Of a stretch of DNA of 64,000 nucleotides, positions 1 through 8,992 are shown piece after piece. Below the pieces are notes generated by a model. It was not told the DNA's origin and made no database searches. It saw only the letters and a program-made list of their open reading frames with translations. The stretch is from assembly GCA_050945755.1 (NCBI GenBank), contig JBMNTN010000002.1:1662-65661 (forward strand), given 5' to 3'. The position numbers were made by a program, and so were the translations under genes. This DNA is from Bacillota bacterium (GTDB taxonomy: Bacteria > Bacillota > Dehalobacteriia > Dehalobacteriales > Dehalobacteriaceae). The stretch's first letter is position 1. The number at the start of each line of letters is the position of its first letter.

Positions 1-36
1 GACATATTAATCAAAAATTTCCAATAATAAAAGGCA

Positions 37-65
37 TTGACATAATATGGAGCAGGAGGTACAAT
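37..65 (+). promoter_or_regulatory. sigmaA-like promoter TTGACA-17-TACAAT lying over the RBS of the truncated ADH ORF
   Basis: TTGACA at 37-42, a 17-nt spacer, TACAAT at 60-65. The predicted start site (~70-74) coincides with the ATG at 70. Confidence 0.35.
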
Positions 66-69
66 AAAT

Positions 70-774
70 ATGATTGATGGCTGCCAGGCAGAATATGTTC
101 GTGTTCCTCATGCTAACCTGGGCATGTTCCAAATCCCGGATGGATTAACTGAAGAGGATGTCCTCTTTGTTGGAGATATTCTTTCCACCGGATATTTTGG
201 CGCAGAAAATGCGAAGATTGAACCCGGTGATACTGTAGCGGTAATGGGCTGCGGTCCTGTTGGGATGTGCGCTATGACAACAGCAAGATTATGGGGACCT
301 TCCAAAATAGTCGCTGTTGATATCAATCAGGAACGCTTGGATTTTGCTGTTAAGCAAGGCATTGCTGACGTTGGCGTTAATCCTCTTAACTGTAATGCCG
401 GTGATGCAATTAGAGAAATGACCGAAGGCCGCGGTGCTGACGCAACGATTGAAGCCAACGGCTTCAAACCAACCTTTGATATGGCAATAGACGCTGTTAG
501 ACCGGGTGGTCGTGTTTCTTTGATCGGCGTATTTGAAAAGCCACAGGAATTGGCGATGAATACACTTTGGATAAAGAATATCTCTATCTCTATGGGTCTG
601 GTAAATGCAAACCGGATTCCTGAATTGATTAAGTTGATTCAAGCCGGCAAAATCGATACCAACTTCCTGTGCACCCATCATGCTCCGTTAAATGACATTG
701 TTAAGGGCTATGATATTTTTGGAGGCAAAAAGGATAATTGCCTCAAGTGGATTGTCACTCCTTACCAAAAATAA
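70..774 (+). CDS. MDR-superfamily Zn-type alcohol dehydrogenase, cofactor-binding/C-terminal part only (N-terminal catalytic Zn domain absent)
   Basis: 234-aa ORF with an AEYVRVP..IPDGL..DILSTGY..VAVMGCGPVG Rossmann motif, typical of residues ~130-345 of MDR ADHs. All three frames in 1-69 are closed. AGGAGG at 54-59. Confidence 0.7.
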   Translation: MIDGCQAEYVRVPHANLGMFQIPDGLTEEDVLFVGDILSTGYFGAENAKIEPGDTVAVMGCGPVGMCAMTTARLWGPSKIVAVDINQERLDFAVKQGIADVGVNPLNCNAGDAIREMTEGRGADATIEANGFKPTFDMAIDAVRPGGRVSLIGVFEKPQELAMNTLWIKNISISMGLVNANRIPELIKLIQAGKIDTNFLCTHHAPLNDIVKGYDIFGGKKDNCLKWIVTPYQK

Positions 775-826
775 AAAATTTGATTTAACTCTTGAGGTTA
801 TATGCCTCAGGATTTATGTTCAAGCT

Positions 827-859
827 AAAAGACCTTTCCACCGCCAGGAAAGGTCTTTT
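827..859 (+). terminator. intrinsic terminator after the ADH fragment
   Basis: aaaagacctttcc / ggaaaggtctttt stem with a 7-nt loop and a short T run. Confidence 0.65.
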
Positions 860-973
860 GGCGTCCTGAGAAAAACAGAAGTAATTCTATTATTTCTGTT
901 TTTTTTATGCATATTGTTTCCAGGCTAACATAAAATGAAAATAGTATTGAGACAACCAAGGGGGGAATAGATA

Positions 974-2131
974 ATGCTTAAAAAAAGAGTGATTCCGGTA
1001 ATTTTAGTGATTATAAGTTTGTTTATATTTACACAGACTGCTTTGGCAACAAGTACCCCTGATATTAGTATTAAAGGGGAAGCCTGTATTTTAGTGGATG
1101 GGGTAACGGGGCAAGTGCTTTATGAGCAAAATCCGGAAAAGAAATGGTATCCTGCAAGCATTACCAAAATTATGACTATGATTTTAGCCTTGGAAGCAAC
1201 GGAAAGCGGCAAAGCTTCTTTAGACGATCCGGTAGAGACCAGTGAATATGCGGCAGACATGGGTGGTTCCCAGGTGTATCTTTATGCCGGAGAAACCAGG
1301 ACGCTTCATGAAATGTTGATTGCAATCGCGGTTGGTTCCGGAAATGATGCCAGTGTGGCAGTTGGAGAGTATCTGGCCGGATCAAATGACGAGTTCATAA
1401 AAATGATGAACGAAAAGGCAAAAGAAATAGGGATGAAGAATACAAATTTTGTCAATTGTCATGGGCTCCACGATGATAATCATTATACCAGTGCTGCCGA
1501 CATGGCAAAACTGGCTCTCTATGCACTTAAGGTACCTAAATTTTTAGACTATACATCAATTTATGAATATGATTTCCGTCCGGAACCGAAGCTGTTAAAA
1601 TTATGGAATACCAACAGACTGTTAAAATGGTACGATGGAACAGATGGAATGAAAACAGGATCTACTTCAGCGGCTAAACGTAATCTGGTATGCACTGTAG
1701 AAAGAAACGGACTGCGTTTGATTTCCGTAGTGCTGGGAGTAGATGTAGTGAATGGGCATTTTACGGAGACGATGAAGTTAATGAATTATGGTTTTAACCG
1801 CTTTGAATTTGCCGGCTTATATCAATCCGGGGATAAAATAGCTAATGTTCGGGTGGGCAAAGGAAAGAGTGATACAGTGGATGCTGTTCCGGCAAAAAAT
1901 GTGGGCATCACAAAAATGAAAGGAGAAGATATTCAACTTGATACTCGACTAGATATAGCAAAATATGTTGAAGCTCCGCTTAAAAAAGGTGATAAATTAG
2001 GTGAGGTTGTCGTATTAAAACAAGGTCAGGAGGTTAACCGGGTAGATCTCTTAGTTGCTCAGGACGTGGAAAAATGTGGCTTCTTTCGTCAGTTTGTAAA
2101 AATGTTACGCACTGTAGTATTGGCCGTATAA
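974..2131 (+). CDS. dacF: D-alanyl-D-alanine carboxypeptidase (S11 PBP), forespore DacF-type
   Basis: Signal peptide, SITK (SxxK), SGN and KTG motifs. Lies immediately upstream of spoIIAA-spoIIAB-sigF, as in B. subtilis. Confidence 0.85.
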   Translation: MLKKRVIPVILVIISLFIFTQTALATSTPDISIKGEACILVDGVTGQVLYEQNPEKKWYPASITKIMTMILALEATESGKASLDDPVETSEYAADMGGSQVYLYAGETRTLHEMLIAIAVGSGNDASVAVGEYLAGSNDEFIKMMNEKAKEIGMKNTNFVNCHGLHDDNHYTSAADMAKLALYALKVPKFLDYTSIYEYDFRPEPKLLKLWNTNRLLKWYDGTDGMKTGSTSAAKRNLVCTVERNGLRLISVVLGVDVVNGHFTETMKLMNYGFNRFEFAGLYQSGDKIANVRVGKGKSDTVDAVPAKNVGITKMKGEDIQLDTRLDIAKYVEAPLKKGDKLGEVVVLKQGQEVNRVDLLVAQDVEKCGFFRQFVKMLRTVVLAV

Positions 2132-2196
2132 GAAACCACAAATAAAATTTGCAAAAAGCAAAGGTACCAGTATATCATAAAGCATATTTTAAAAGT

Positions 2197-2224
2197 GGCA
2201 CGGCGTTTAGACCGTGCCTATTTT
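2197..2224 (+). terminator. intrinsic terminator after dacF
   Basis: ggcacgg / ccgtgcc stem followed by tatttt. Confidence 0.65.
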
Positions 2225-2256
2225 GCACGTTGTGACAGTATTAGTACCATTTTTTA

Positions 2257-2286
2257 GCAGGACATAAACAACAAGCTGTAGAATAA
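2257..2286 (+). promoter_or_regulatory. sigmaH-type promoter of the spoIIA operon
   Basis: cAGGAcat at 2258-2265 and gtaGAATaa at 2278-2286 fit RnAGGAwww-N12-RnnGAATww. The B. subtilis spoIIA operon is sigmaH-dependent. Confidence 0.5.
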
Positions 2287-2314
2287 GAAGAAAAACATTA
2301 TGGGGGGATTAGCG

Positions 2315-2653
2315 TTGGACTTAAATTTAGAATATGAAAAGGACAAGTTATATGCTCGACTAAAAGGGGAACTTGATCTTTCTGTAGCTCCCCAAATTAG
2401 GCTAGAACTTGATAATGCCTTGAATACAAAGCAAATCAGGCACTTAATTATGGATTTTTCTAATGTTTCTTTTATTGATAGTTCCGGTTTAGGTGTAATA
2501 TTGGGTAGGTATAAACGGTTAACGGAAGTGGGAGGAACAGTGCGTGTGGAAAACGCAAGTCCACAGGTATACAGAATACTGGTGATATCCGGCTTAAGCA
2601 AAATTATAGAAATTACCCAGACTAGGGAAGAAGCAGGCGAGAAAGGTGAGTAA
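2315..2653 (+). CDS. spoIIAA: anti-sigma F factor antagonist SpoIIAA (STAS domain)
   Basis: STAS fold with the phosphorylatable Ser context FIDSSGLGVILG. TTG at 2315 sits 6 nt after GGGGGA. The ORF-track ATG at 2300 would lack an RBS. Confidence 0.9.
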   Translation: MDLNLEYEKDKLYARLKGELDLSVAPQIRLELDNALNTKQIRHLIMDFSNVSFIDSSGLGVILGRYKRLTEVGGTVRVENASPQVYRILVISGLSKIIEITQTREEAGEKGE

Positions 2654-2665
2654 GGAGGCAGGGAA

Positions 2666-3109
2666 ATGGATGCGGCATTAATTAATTCCGTCAACCTTCA
2701 GTTCAAAAGTATTCCGGAAAATGTCTCATTAGCCCGGGTGGTTGTTGCTTCTATAGGAGCCCAAGTTGATATGACAGTGAACGAACTGGACGAGATAAAA
2801 GTTGCAGTTTCCGAAGCGGTGACAAATGCAATTATTCATGGTTACAATAACAACCCGAGTCAAATAGTTGAGCTTCAAGTAGATATGTATCATGACCGTC
2901 TTGTGATTCAGGTTATTGACCGAGGTATTGGGATAGGGGATGTTAATAAGGAGCTTGAATGCATAGGCGTAGCTGCTGATTATGAGCATATGGGACTAGG
3001 TTTTGCGTTTATGAAGGAATTTATGGACGACGTAGAAATCAATTCAGAACAAAATAAAGGTACGAGAATTACCATGGTGAAAAAATTGGTTTTTCGAAAG
3101 GAAAGTTAG
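2666..3109 (+). CDS. spoIIAB: anti-sigma F factor / serine kinase SpoIIAB
   Basis: HATPase N box EAVTNAIIHG, G1 box DRGIGI and G2 box GLGF. Position is between spoIIAA and sigF. Confidence 0.9.
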   Translation: MDAALINSVNLQFKSIPENVSLARVVVASIGAQVDMTVNELDEIKVAVSEAVTNAIIHGYNNNPSQIVELQVDMYHDRLVIQVIDRGIGIGDVNKELECIGVAADYEHMGLGFAFMKEFMDDVEINSEQNKGTRITMVKKLVFRKES

Positions 3110-3117
3110 GTGGAATC

Positions 3118-3897
3118 ATGAAGCAGAGGTTGTCGGAGATGAACCTTCCGCGTTTTCCTCTGTTGTCTGAAACAGAAACCAAAAACTTATTGAAGAGATC
3201 CAGACAGGGAGATATAAGTGCGAGGGAGCGATTAATCAATTGTAATCTCAGACTGGTATTTAATATGGTACAGAGGTTTCAAAATCGCGGTTATGAGTTA
3301 GAAGACTTGTTCCAAATTGGAACAATTGGTTTAATGAAAGCCATTGACAAATTTGACCCCGCTTTTTCTGTCAAGTTTTCTACCTATGCTGTACCCATGA
3401 TTATTGGAGAAATTCGGCGCTTTATCCGGGATGATAATCCTGTTAAAGTTAGCAGATCTTTTAAAGAACTAGCGATAAAGGTCTACCGAGCAAAAGAAAA
3501 CTTAGCCAAAGAGCTGGGGAGGGAACCGACGCTTAGTGAATTATCGCATAACCTAGGGGTAGGGGTAGAGGATATTGTGACTTCATTAGAAGCAGTACAA
3601 GTTCCTACATCTATACACGACACGGTATTTCAAGATGAAGGAGATCCGATTTACGTACTGGATCAATTGGCATCAGAAAGCGAATTGGATGAGATTTGGT
3701 TTGATAAGATGAATATAAAAGATGTCATGCAGCGGATGCCACTTAAATTAAGGAAAATCCTTTTATTAAGGTTTTTTGAGGATCGTACCCAAGTGGAAGT
3801 TGCCCAGCGATTGGGTATATCCCAGGTACAGGTATCTCGATTAGAACGTCAGGCATTAAAATTACTACGACAACTATTAATGGAAAATGGTAGTTAA
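3118..3897 (+). CDS. sigF: sporulation sigma factor SigF
   Basis: 259 aa. Sigma-70 region 2 (FSTYAVPMIIGEIRRFIRD) and region 4 HTH (TQVEVAQRLGISQVQVSRLERQAL). Operon context fits. Confidence 0.92.
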   Translation: MKQRLSEMNLPRFPLLSETETKNLLKRSRQGDISARERLINCNLRLVFNMVQRFQNRGYELEDLFQIGTIGLMKAIDKFDPAFSVKFSTYAVPMIIGEIRRFIRDDNPVKVSRSFKELAIKVYRAKENLAKELGREPTLSELSHNLGVGVEDIVTSLEAVQVPTSIHDTVFQDEGDPIYVLDQLASESELDEIWFDKMNIKDVMQRMPLKLRKILLLRFFEDRTQVEVAQRLGISQVQVSRLERQALKLLRQLLMENGS

Positions 3898-3961
3898 TTT
3901 TATAAATTTGTTTTGGTAATTAAAATGTTTTCTAAAAATAAAATTAGCTCCAGCCGGCTAT

Positions 3962-3987
3962 AAGCGCAAAGCAGCGCTTTTTTTTTA
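3962..3987 (+). terminator. intrinsic terminator after sigF
   Basis: aagcgc / gcgctt stem followed by a T9 run. Confidence 0.7.
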
Positions 3988-4078
3988 TTTTTTGGAGAAT
4001 ACTAAAAGGTATAACAGAAAGGATTAGTGGGACAATAATTATAGAACAATAAAAAATAAAAATAAGGAGGAGTAGTAA

Positions 4079-4285
4079 ATGCAGGTAAAAGTAATAGAAT
4101 TAATTGGTGAATCAGATAGCAGTTGGAAAGATGCTGTGGAAAATGCAGTACAACAAGCGTCTAAAACTGTGCCGAATATCAGCGGCGTAGAAGTATACAA
4201 TCTCACAGCGGGAGTATCTTCCGGAAGGCTCTTTGAATATAAAGCGAATGTTAAAGTAGCCTATAATGACGAAATTTCTCTCTAA
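4079..4285 (+). CDS. dodecin-family flavin-binding protein
   Basis: 68 aa. VKVIELIGESDSSWKDAVENAV..ASKTV...VEV...YKANVKVAY matches the dodecin pattern. AAGGAGG RBS. Confidence 0.75.
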   Translation: MQVKVIELIGESDSSWKDAVENAVQQASKTVPNISGVEVYNLTAGVSSGRLFEYKANVKVAYNDEISL

Positions 4286-4310
4286 TTTTAAAAATTAATT
4301 AACACGAGCT

Positions 4311-4360
4311 AAAAAAATCGCATTTATCCTAAGCTATTAGCTGGGTAATTGCGATTTTTT
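4311..4360. terminator. long bidirectional hairpin terminator
   Basis: aaaatcgca (4314-4322) pairs with tgcgatttt (4350-4358), with further inner pairing. An A run lies 5' and a T run 3'. Confidence 0.6.
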
Positions 4361-4536
4361 CATAAAGAAATTAAACAACTTGATTCCTGAATTCTCCATT
4401 ACCCCGGTAAGTATGTTCTAGAAACCATGTCGTGAACAGAAAGGGGAGTGCCGCTAAGATAAATAGCCCTCTCACACCAATAAGGCCGCTTAAAATATCT
4501 CCCATTATCGGTCCCATCATCATCTCTAGGTAAATT

Positions 4537-4567
4537 AAAAGAAAAGGGCTGGATTATCATCCAACCC
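4537..4567 (-). terminator. intrinsic terminator of pckA
   Basis: The minus strand reads GGGTTGGAT-gata-ATCCAGCCC followed by ttttctttt. Confidence 0.6.
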
Positions 4568-4592
4568 GTTTCTTTTGGTATAAGCACTTTTT

Positions 4593-6173
4593 TTATCCTG
4601 CCACAGGACCAGCAGATTTTATTTTTTCCGGCATGCCATTAAATTTGGCAAAATTTTTGTTAAACAAGCCGGCAAGTTTTACCGCTTGTCTATCATATTC
4701 CATACCATCAGCCCAGGTGTTTTTGGGATTTAATACATCATTTGGCACATCCGGGCAGGACTGAGGTACAGCAACATTAAATACCGGATGACGTATGAAT
4801 TCTACACCTGTAAAACCGCCGTTCAGAGCAGCTCGAACCATCGCCCTGGTATAATTCAAATCCATTCTTTTACCAACCCCATACGGTCCCCCGGTCCAGC
4901 CTGTGTTCACCAGGTAAACTTTTGTTTGATGTTTTTCTATTTTCTCCTTTAATAGTTCCGCGTAAACAATGGGGAATTTAGGTAGAAAAGGTTCGCCAAA
5001 ACCGGTAGAAAAAGTCGCTTCAGGTTCTGTAATACCCCGCTCGGTACCTGCTAATTTGCTAGTATATCCGGAAAGGTAATGGTACATAGCCTGCTCTGAA
5101 GTAAGCCGTGCAATTGGAGGTAATACCCCAAAGGCATCAGCTGTAAGAAAAATGATGGTATGCGGGTGGCCACCCACCCCGGGAATTACCGAATTGGGAA
5201 TATAGTCAACCGGATACGCTGCCCGGGTGTTTTCGGTAATCTTGTCACAATCAAAGTTAACTGTTCTTTCGGTATCGTCGATAATCACGTTTTCCAAAAC
5301 ACTACCAAACCGAATAGCATTCCAGATTTGGGGTTCATATTCCTTGGAAAGTTTAATACATTTGGCGTAGCAACCGCCTTCAAAGTTAAACACTCCATTA
5401 TCCGACCATCCGTGCTCGTCGTCACCAATCAATTGCCGCTCAGGATCAGCGGAAAGAGTTGTTTTTCCGGTACCGGAAAGTCCAAAGAAAAGTGCGCTAT
5501 CCCCTTTACTTCCGATATTGGAGGAACAGTGCATCGGGCAGATACCTAATTCCGGAAGCAGGTAATTCATAGCGGTAAATACTGATTTTTTTATTTCCCC
5601 GGCATAGTATGTACCCCCGATGATAATAATCCGTTGGTCAAAATTAAGTACAACAAAGGCCTCGGAGCGGGTCCCGTCTATTTCCGGAATTGCATTAAAA
5701 CCGGGAGCACAGATTACCGTAAACTTAGGTTCATGGTCTAAAAGCTCCTCTTCAGTTGGCCTGATAAAGAGCTGGTGTACAAATAGGTTTTGCCAGGCAT
5801 ATTGATTAACTACGGTAATCGGCATCCTGTAGTTTGGGTCAGCACCGCAGAAACCGTCAAAAATAAAAACGTCTTTTCCTTCCAAAAAAGCAGTCATCCG
5901 GTAAAAAATTTTCCAGAAGGTATCTTCACTCATCGGCTGATTAACTTCTCCCCAATCAATGCTATTATGTACTGACGGTGTGTCTACAATAAACCTGTCT
6001 AAAGGGGAACGCCCAGTGTATTTACCGGTTTTGACACTCAATGCCCCGTTGTTTGCCAGTATTCCTTCCCCCCTGGCAAGGGCAGCTTCCACCAACCTTG
6101 CCGGTGAAAGGTTCCGGTATTTGTGGTGTAAATTAATGATTCCCAGTTTCTCCAAATAATTATTGTCGCTCAT
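4593..6173 (-). CDS. pckA: phosphoenolpyruvate carboxykinase (ATP)
   Basis: 526 aa, kinase-1a loop [13 protein letters not shown], full-length PckA-like architecture. Confidence 0.95.
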   Translation of the reverse strand: MSDNNYLEKLGIINLHHKYRNLSPARLVEAALARGEGILANNGALSVKTGKYTGRSPLDRFIVDTPSVHNSIDWGEVNQPMSEDTFWKIFYRMTAFLEGKDVFIFDGFCGADPNYRMPITVVNQYAWQNLFVHQLFIRPTEEELLDHEPKFTVICAPGFNAIPEIDGTRSEAFVVLNFDQRIIIIGGTYYAGEIKKSVFTAMNYLLPELGICPMHCSSNIGSKGDSALFFGLSGTGKTTLSADPERQLIGDDEHGWSDNGVFNFEGGCYAKCIKLSKEYEPQIWNAIRFGSVLENVIIDDTERTVNFDCDKITENTRAAYPVDYIPNSVIPGVGGHPHTIIFLTADAFGVLPPIARLTSEQAMYHYLSGYTSKLAGTERGITEPEATFSTGFGEPFLPKFPIVYAELLKEKIEKHQTKVYLVNTGWTGGPYGVGKRMDLNYTRAMVRAALNGGFTGVEFIRHPVFNVAVPQSCPDVPNDVLNPKNTWADGMEYDRQAVKLAGLFNKNFAKFNGMPEKIKSAGPVAG

Positions 6174-6226
6174 TAATCCGCCTTCTTTCAGACAAAAGAT
6201 ATAACACTAAACAAAAAGCTAATTAA

Positions 6227-6270
6227 TTGTGATATACTAATTAGCCTTCTTAGCTAGGAATATATCACAA
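6227..6270 (-). promoter_or_regulatory. 10-bp perfect inverted repeat TTGTGATATA-N24-TATATCACAA (candidate CcpN-type operator pair)
   Basis: Arms at 6227-6236 and 6261-6270. The right arm overlaps the -10 of the pckA promoter. Confidence 0.4.
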
Positions 6271-6286
6271 AATAAATTATAGTCAA
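6259..6286 (-). promoter_or_regulatory. sigmaA promoter of pckA
   Basis: The minus strand reads TTGACT (6286-6281), a 16-nt spacer, then the extended -10 TGaTATATT (6267-6259). Confidence 0.5.
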
Positions 6287-6435
6287 TAATAAACTATTAA
6301 TATGTTATCATACCACAAAAAGTTGTAATTTTAATAATAATAAAAATTGAAACACACTACAAATAGTCAAAAAGCACAGTGTCAAAACGGCTGGGTTGTA
6401 GCTATAATTTCCTTGCCAATGAATGGAAGTGCTGG

Positions 6436-6465
6436 GAATAAGCTTTTTGAATTTCGGCCATAATA
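6436..6465 (+). promoter_or_regulatory. forespore (sigmaG/F-type) promoter candidate for the spoVA operon
   Basis: GAATA (6436-6440), an 18-nt spacer, CATAATA (6459-6465) fits GHATR-N18-CATXHTA. B. subtilis spoVA is sigmaG-dependent. Confidence 0.4.
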
Positions 6466-6494
6466 ATTTTTAGGAATAATCCTTTTAAAGCGGG

Positions 6495-6977
6495 TTGAAC
6501 TTTTTGAAGGACCTAAAAAAGGAAATTGAAGATTCTATTCGACAATACAAACAAGCAGAGTATCAGGAATTAGTTCAACAGATAAAGCCAAAACCGCCTG
6601 TACTAAAAAATGCCTTGGCTGCTTTTGCAGTAGGTGGTTTTATTTGTGCTTTTGCTCAAGCAATCACCAATGTGTTTATTCAGGCAGGGCTGACCCAGCG
6701 AGAAGCCGGTACGGTGATAGTGATTATTATGATCTTTATCGGTTCATTACTTACCGGACTGGGAGTTTATAATAATATCGGCAGGTTTGCCGGGGCCGGT
6801 TCTCTGATCCCGATTACCGGTTTTGCCAATGCGATTGTGTCGTCAGCTATGGAATGGAAACGTGAAGGCTATCTGTTTGGGGTAGCAGCAAAAATGTTTA
6901 CAATTGCTGGACCGGTTCTTGTTTACGGGATTCTTTCCTCGGTAGTTATTGGAATAGTTTATTACTTTTTACAGTAG
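6495..6977 (+). CDS. spoVAC: stage V sporulation protein AC
   Basis: Membrane protein with PKPP..A..VGG.IC and IPITGFANA motifs typical of SpoVAC. TTG start. Confidence 0.9.
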   Translation: MNFLKDLKKEIEDSIRQYKQAEYQELVQQIKPKPPVLKNALAAFAVGGFICAFAQAITNVFIQAGLTQREAGTVIVIIMIFIGSLLTGLGVYNNIGRFAGAGSLIPITGFANAIVSSAMEWKREGYLFGVAAKMFTIAGPVLVYGILSSVVIGIVYYFLQ

Positions 6978-6988
6978 GGGGGGCCTAA

Positions 6989-7999
6989 TTGAAAAAGATT
7001 GGACAGCAGACACTGGTTTTTTCCAATACCCCGGCAGTGATTTCAGCAGCTGCTATAGTTGGCCCCAAAGAAGGCCAGGGGCCATTAAAAACAAATTTTG
7101 ATTTGGTGCTTGAAGACAATTTATTTGGAGAAAGAACATGGGAAAAAGCTGAATGCAAAATGCTTCAGGAGTCAGTCACTAGTGCTGTAAATAAGAGTGA
7201 CTTAAAGATAGAGGAGATTGATTTTCTACTGGCGGGAGATTTATTAAATCAGACAATCTCCGCAAATTTTGCTGCTCGGCAGCTGGCAATCCCCTTTTTA
7301 GGTTTGTACGGTGCTTGCTCAACTTTTACGGAAAGTCTTCTTTTAGCAGCTGTCTTGGTTGATGGCACATATGCCATGCATGTCATGGCTGCAGTTTCCA
7401 GTCATCATGATGCTGCAGAAAGGCAGTTTCGTTTTCCTACAGAATTAGGTAACCAACGGCCTCCCACAGCCCAGTGGACGGTGACAGGAGCGGGGGCAGC
7501 TCTGGTTGGTCCAAAACAAGACGGCCCTTGTATTACATATGCTACTATAGGCAAGGTGATTGATTTAGGGGTAAAAGATTCTCACGATATGGGCTCGGCA
7601 ATGGCACCAGCCGCTGCTGATACATTGGCAGTTCATTTTAAGGACACCGGACGTTCTGTTGATGATTATGATTTGATACTAACGGGTGACTTAGGTGGTT
7701 TGGGAAAATCTTTAATGCAGCAGTTGACTGAGCGGCAGGGCTATAAGTTAGGGGATAAATACAGTGACTGCGGGGTTTTAATTTATGATTCTACACAAGA
7801 TACCCATGCCGGGGGAAGCGGCTGTGCCTGTGCCGCTGTTGTTACTTGCGGATATGTTTTGGATAGTATTCGGTTAAAAAAATTTCAAAGAGTACTGATT
7901 ATTGGTACTGGTGCTTTGCTTAGTCCTACCAGCATCCAGCAAGGGGAGTCAATTCCCGGTATTGCCCATGCTGTCTCTTTGGAAAATGTTACTTTTTAA
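6989..7999 (+). CDS. spoVAD: stage V sporulation protein AD (thiolase-like fold)
   Basis: 336 aa. The N-terminus (GQQT..F...P.V...A.IVGPKEGQGPL) and overall length match SpoVAD. Operon position fits. Confidence 0.9.
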   Translation: MKKIGQQTLVFSNTPAVISAAAIVGPKEGQGPLKTNFDLVLEDNLFGERTWEKAECKMLQESVTSAVNKSDLKIEEIDFLLAGDLLNQTISANFAARQLAIPFLGLYGACSTFTESLLLAAVLVDGTYAMHVMAAVSSHHDAAERQFRFPTELGNQRPPTAQWTVTGAGAALVGPKQDGPCITYATIGKVIDLGVKDSHDMGSAMAPAAADTLAVHFKDTGRSVDDYDLILTGDLGGLGKSLMQQLTERQGYKLGDKYSDCGVLIYDSTQDTHAGGSGCACAAVVTCGYVLDSIRLKKFQRVLIIGTGALLSPTSIQQGESIPGIAHAVSLENVTF

Positions 8000-8055
8000 A
8001 AAAAATAATTTAAACAATAGGCTGCTTTAAACTGGTAAAAAAAGGGGTAAATTAC

Positions 8056-8415
8056 ATGGAACAAATACTTTTTGCCTTTTTAGTCGGAGGATCAATATGT
8101 CTGTTGGGACAGTTAATAATGGATCTGACCCCTTTTTCCATAACTCCGACTCATATTCTTGTAGTTGTTATTATCGGAGGAGCTTTCGCTAGTGCTTTAG
8201 GATGGTATCAACCATTAATTGATATAGGCGGTGCCGGTGCAACTATTCCTCTGAGTGGTTTTGGCCATTCTCTAGCCCAAGGTGCTATATCTGGGGCGGA
8301 TAAAAACGGATTGATAGGTGCGATTGGAGGGGGAGTGGAAGCTACTGCTGTTGGAGTAGTGGCAGCTGTAGTTTTAGGATACCTGATGGCATTATTATTT
8401 AATCCACAAGGATGA
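8056..8415 (+). CDS. spoVAEB: stage V sporulation protein AE, membrane part (SpoVAEB)
   Basis: 119-aa SpoVAC/E-family membrane protein with IPLSGFGHSL. Confidence 0.85.
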   Translation: MEQILFAFLVGGSICLLGQLIMDLTPFSITPTHILVVVIIGGAFASALGWYQPLIDIGGAGATIPLSGFGHSLAQGAISGADKNGLIGAIGGGVEATAVGVVAAVVLGYLMALLFNPQG

Positions 8416-8422
8416 TAAATAA

Positions 8423-8992
8423 ATGATGAAAAAAAGAGTTGTTATAATAACAGACGGTGATGAAGTTGCCAAAAAGACGGTAGAAACCGTGGCACAAAAT
8501 ATAGGTGGATGCTGTATTTCAGCAACATCGGGAAACCCTACACCTTTAAACGGCGAAAAAATTGTAGAGTTAATTAAAACTGCATGGAAAGAACCGATTT
8601 TGGTTATGTTGGATGATAAAGGGTGCCGAGGTAAAGGACGAGGAGAGCAAGCTTTGGAATACATTGCCAAACACCAGGATATTGAGGTTTTAGGTGTAGT
8701 TGCTGTGGCCGCTAATACCAGGCATTGTCATGGTATTAAAATAAAACATTCAATTACTATGACCGGGCAAATCGTTAATGGTCCGGTAGATAAAGAAGGA
8801 ATGCCGGAACCCCCGGGACATGAAATATTGGAAGGGGATACAGTGGGAGTTCTGGACTCCTTAAATATTCCAACGGTTGTAGGAATTGGTGACATTGGGA
8901 AAATGCATGGCTATGACCGTTATGATCGGGGGGCAAAAATCACTACCCAGGCGGTAAAGTTTATATTAAAAAGGAGCGGGTTTCCTATATGA
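8423..8992 (+). CDS. spoVAEA: stage V sporulation protein AE, soluble part (SpoVAEA-like)
   Basis: 189-aa soluble protein between spoVAEB and spoVAF, as in Bacillus. N-terminus is VVIITDGDEVAKK. Confidence 0.7.
   Translation: MMKKRVVIITDGDEVAKKTVETVAQNIGGCCISATSGNPTPLNGEKIVELIKTAWKEPILVMLDDKGCRGKGRGEQALEYIAKHQDIEVLGVVAVAANTRHCHGIKIKHSITMTGQIVNGPVDKEGMPEPPGHEILEGDTVGVLDSLNIPTVVGIGDIGKMHGYDRYDRGAKITTQAVKFILKRSGFPI

Noticed and set aside
861-973. sigmaF/sigmaG promoter for dacF (GCATA at 909-913, CATAAAA about 15 nt downstream).
   Set aside because: The spacing (15 nt to CAT) fits neither GCATR-N15-GGnRAnAnTw nor GHATR-N17/18-CATxHTA, so I make no confident call.
2254-2694. 146-aa minus-strand ORF antisense to spoIIAA/spoIIAB. 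Similar long antisense ORFs lie at 30029-30457, 45579-46019, 47113-47529 and 52356-52811.
   Set aside because: Each lies entirely within a well-supported plus-strand gene. Their compositions are low-complexity or unlikely, and none has an RBS. They are typical shadow ORFs.
4399-4587. 62-aa minus-strand ORF between the pckA terminator and the dodecin terminator.
   Set aside because: Its start overlaps the pckA terminator hairpin. It has no RBS or recognisable family. It might be a gene remnant, but I cannot support a call.
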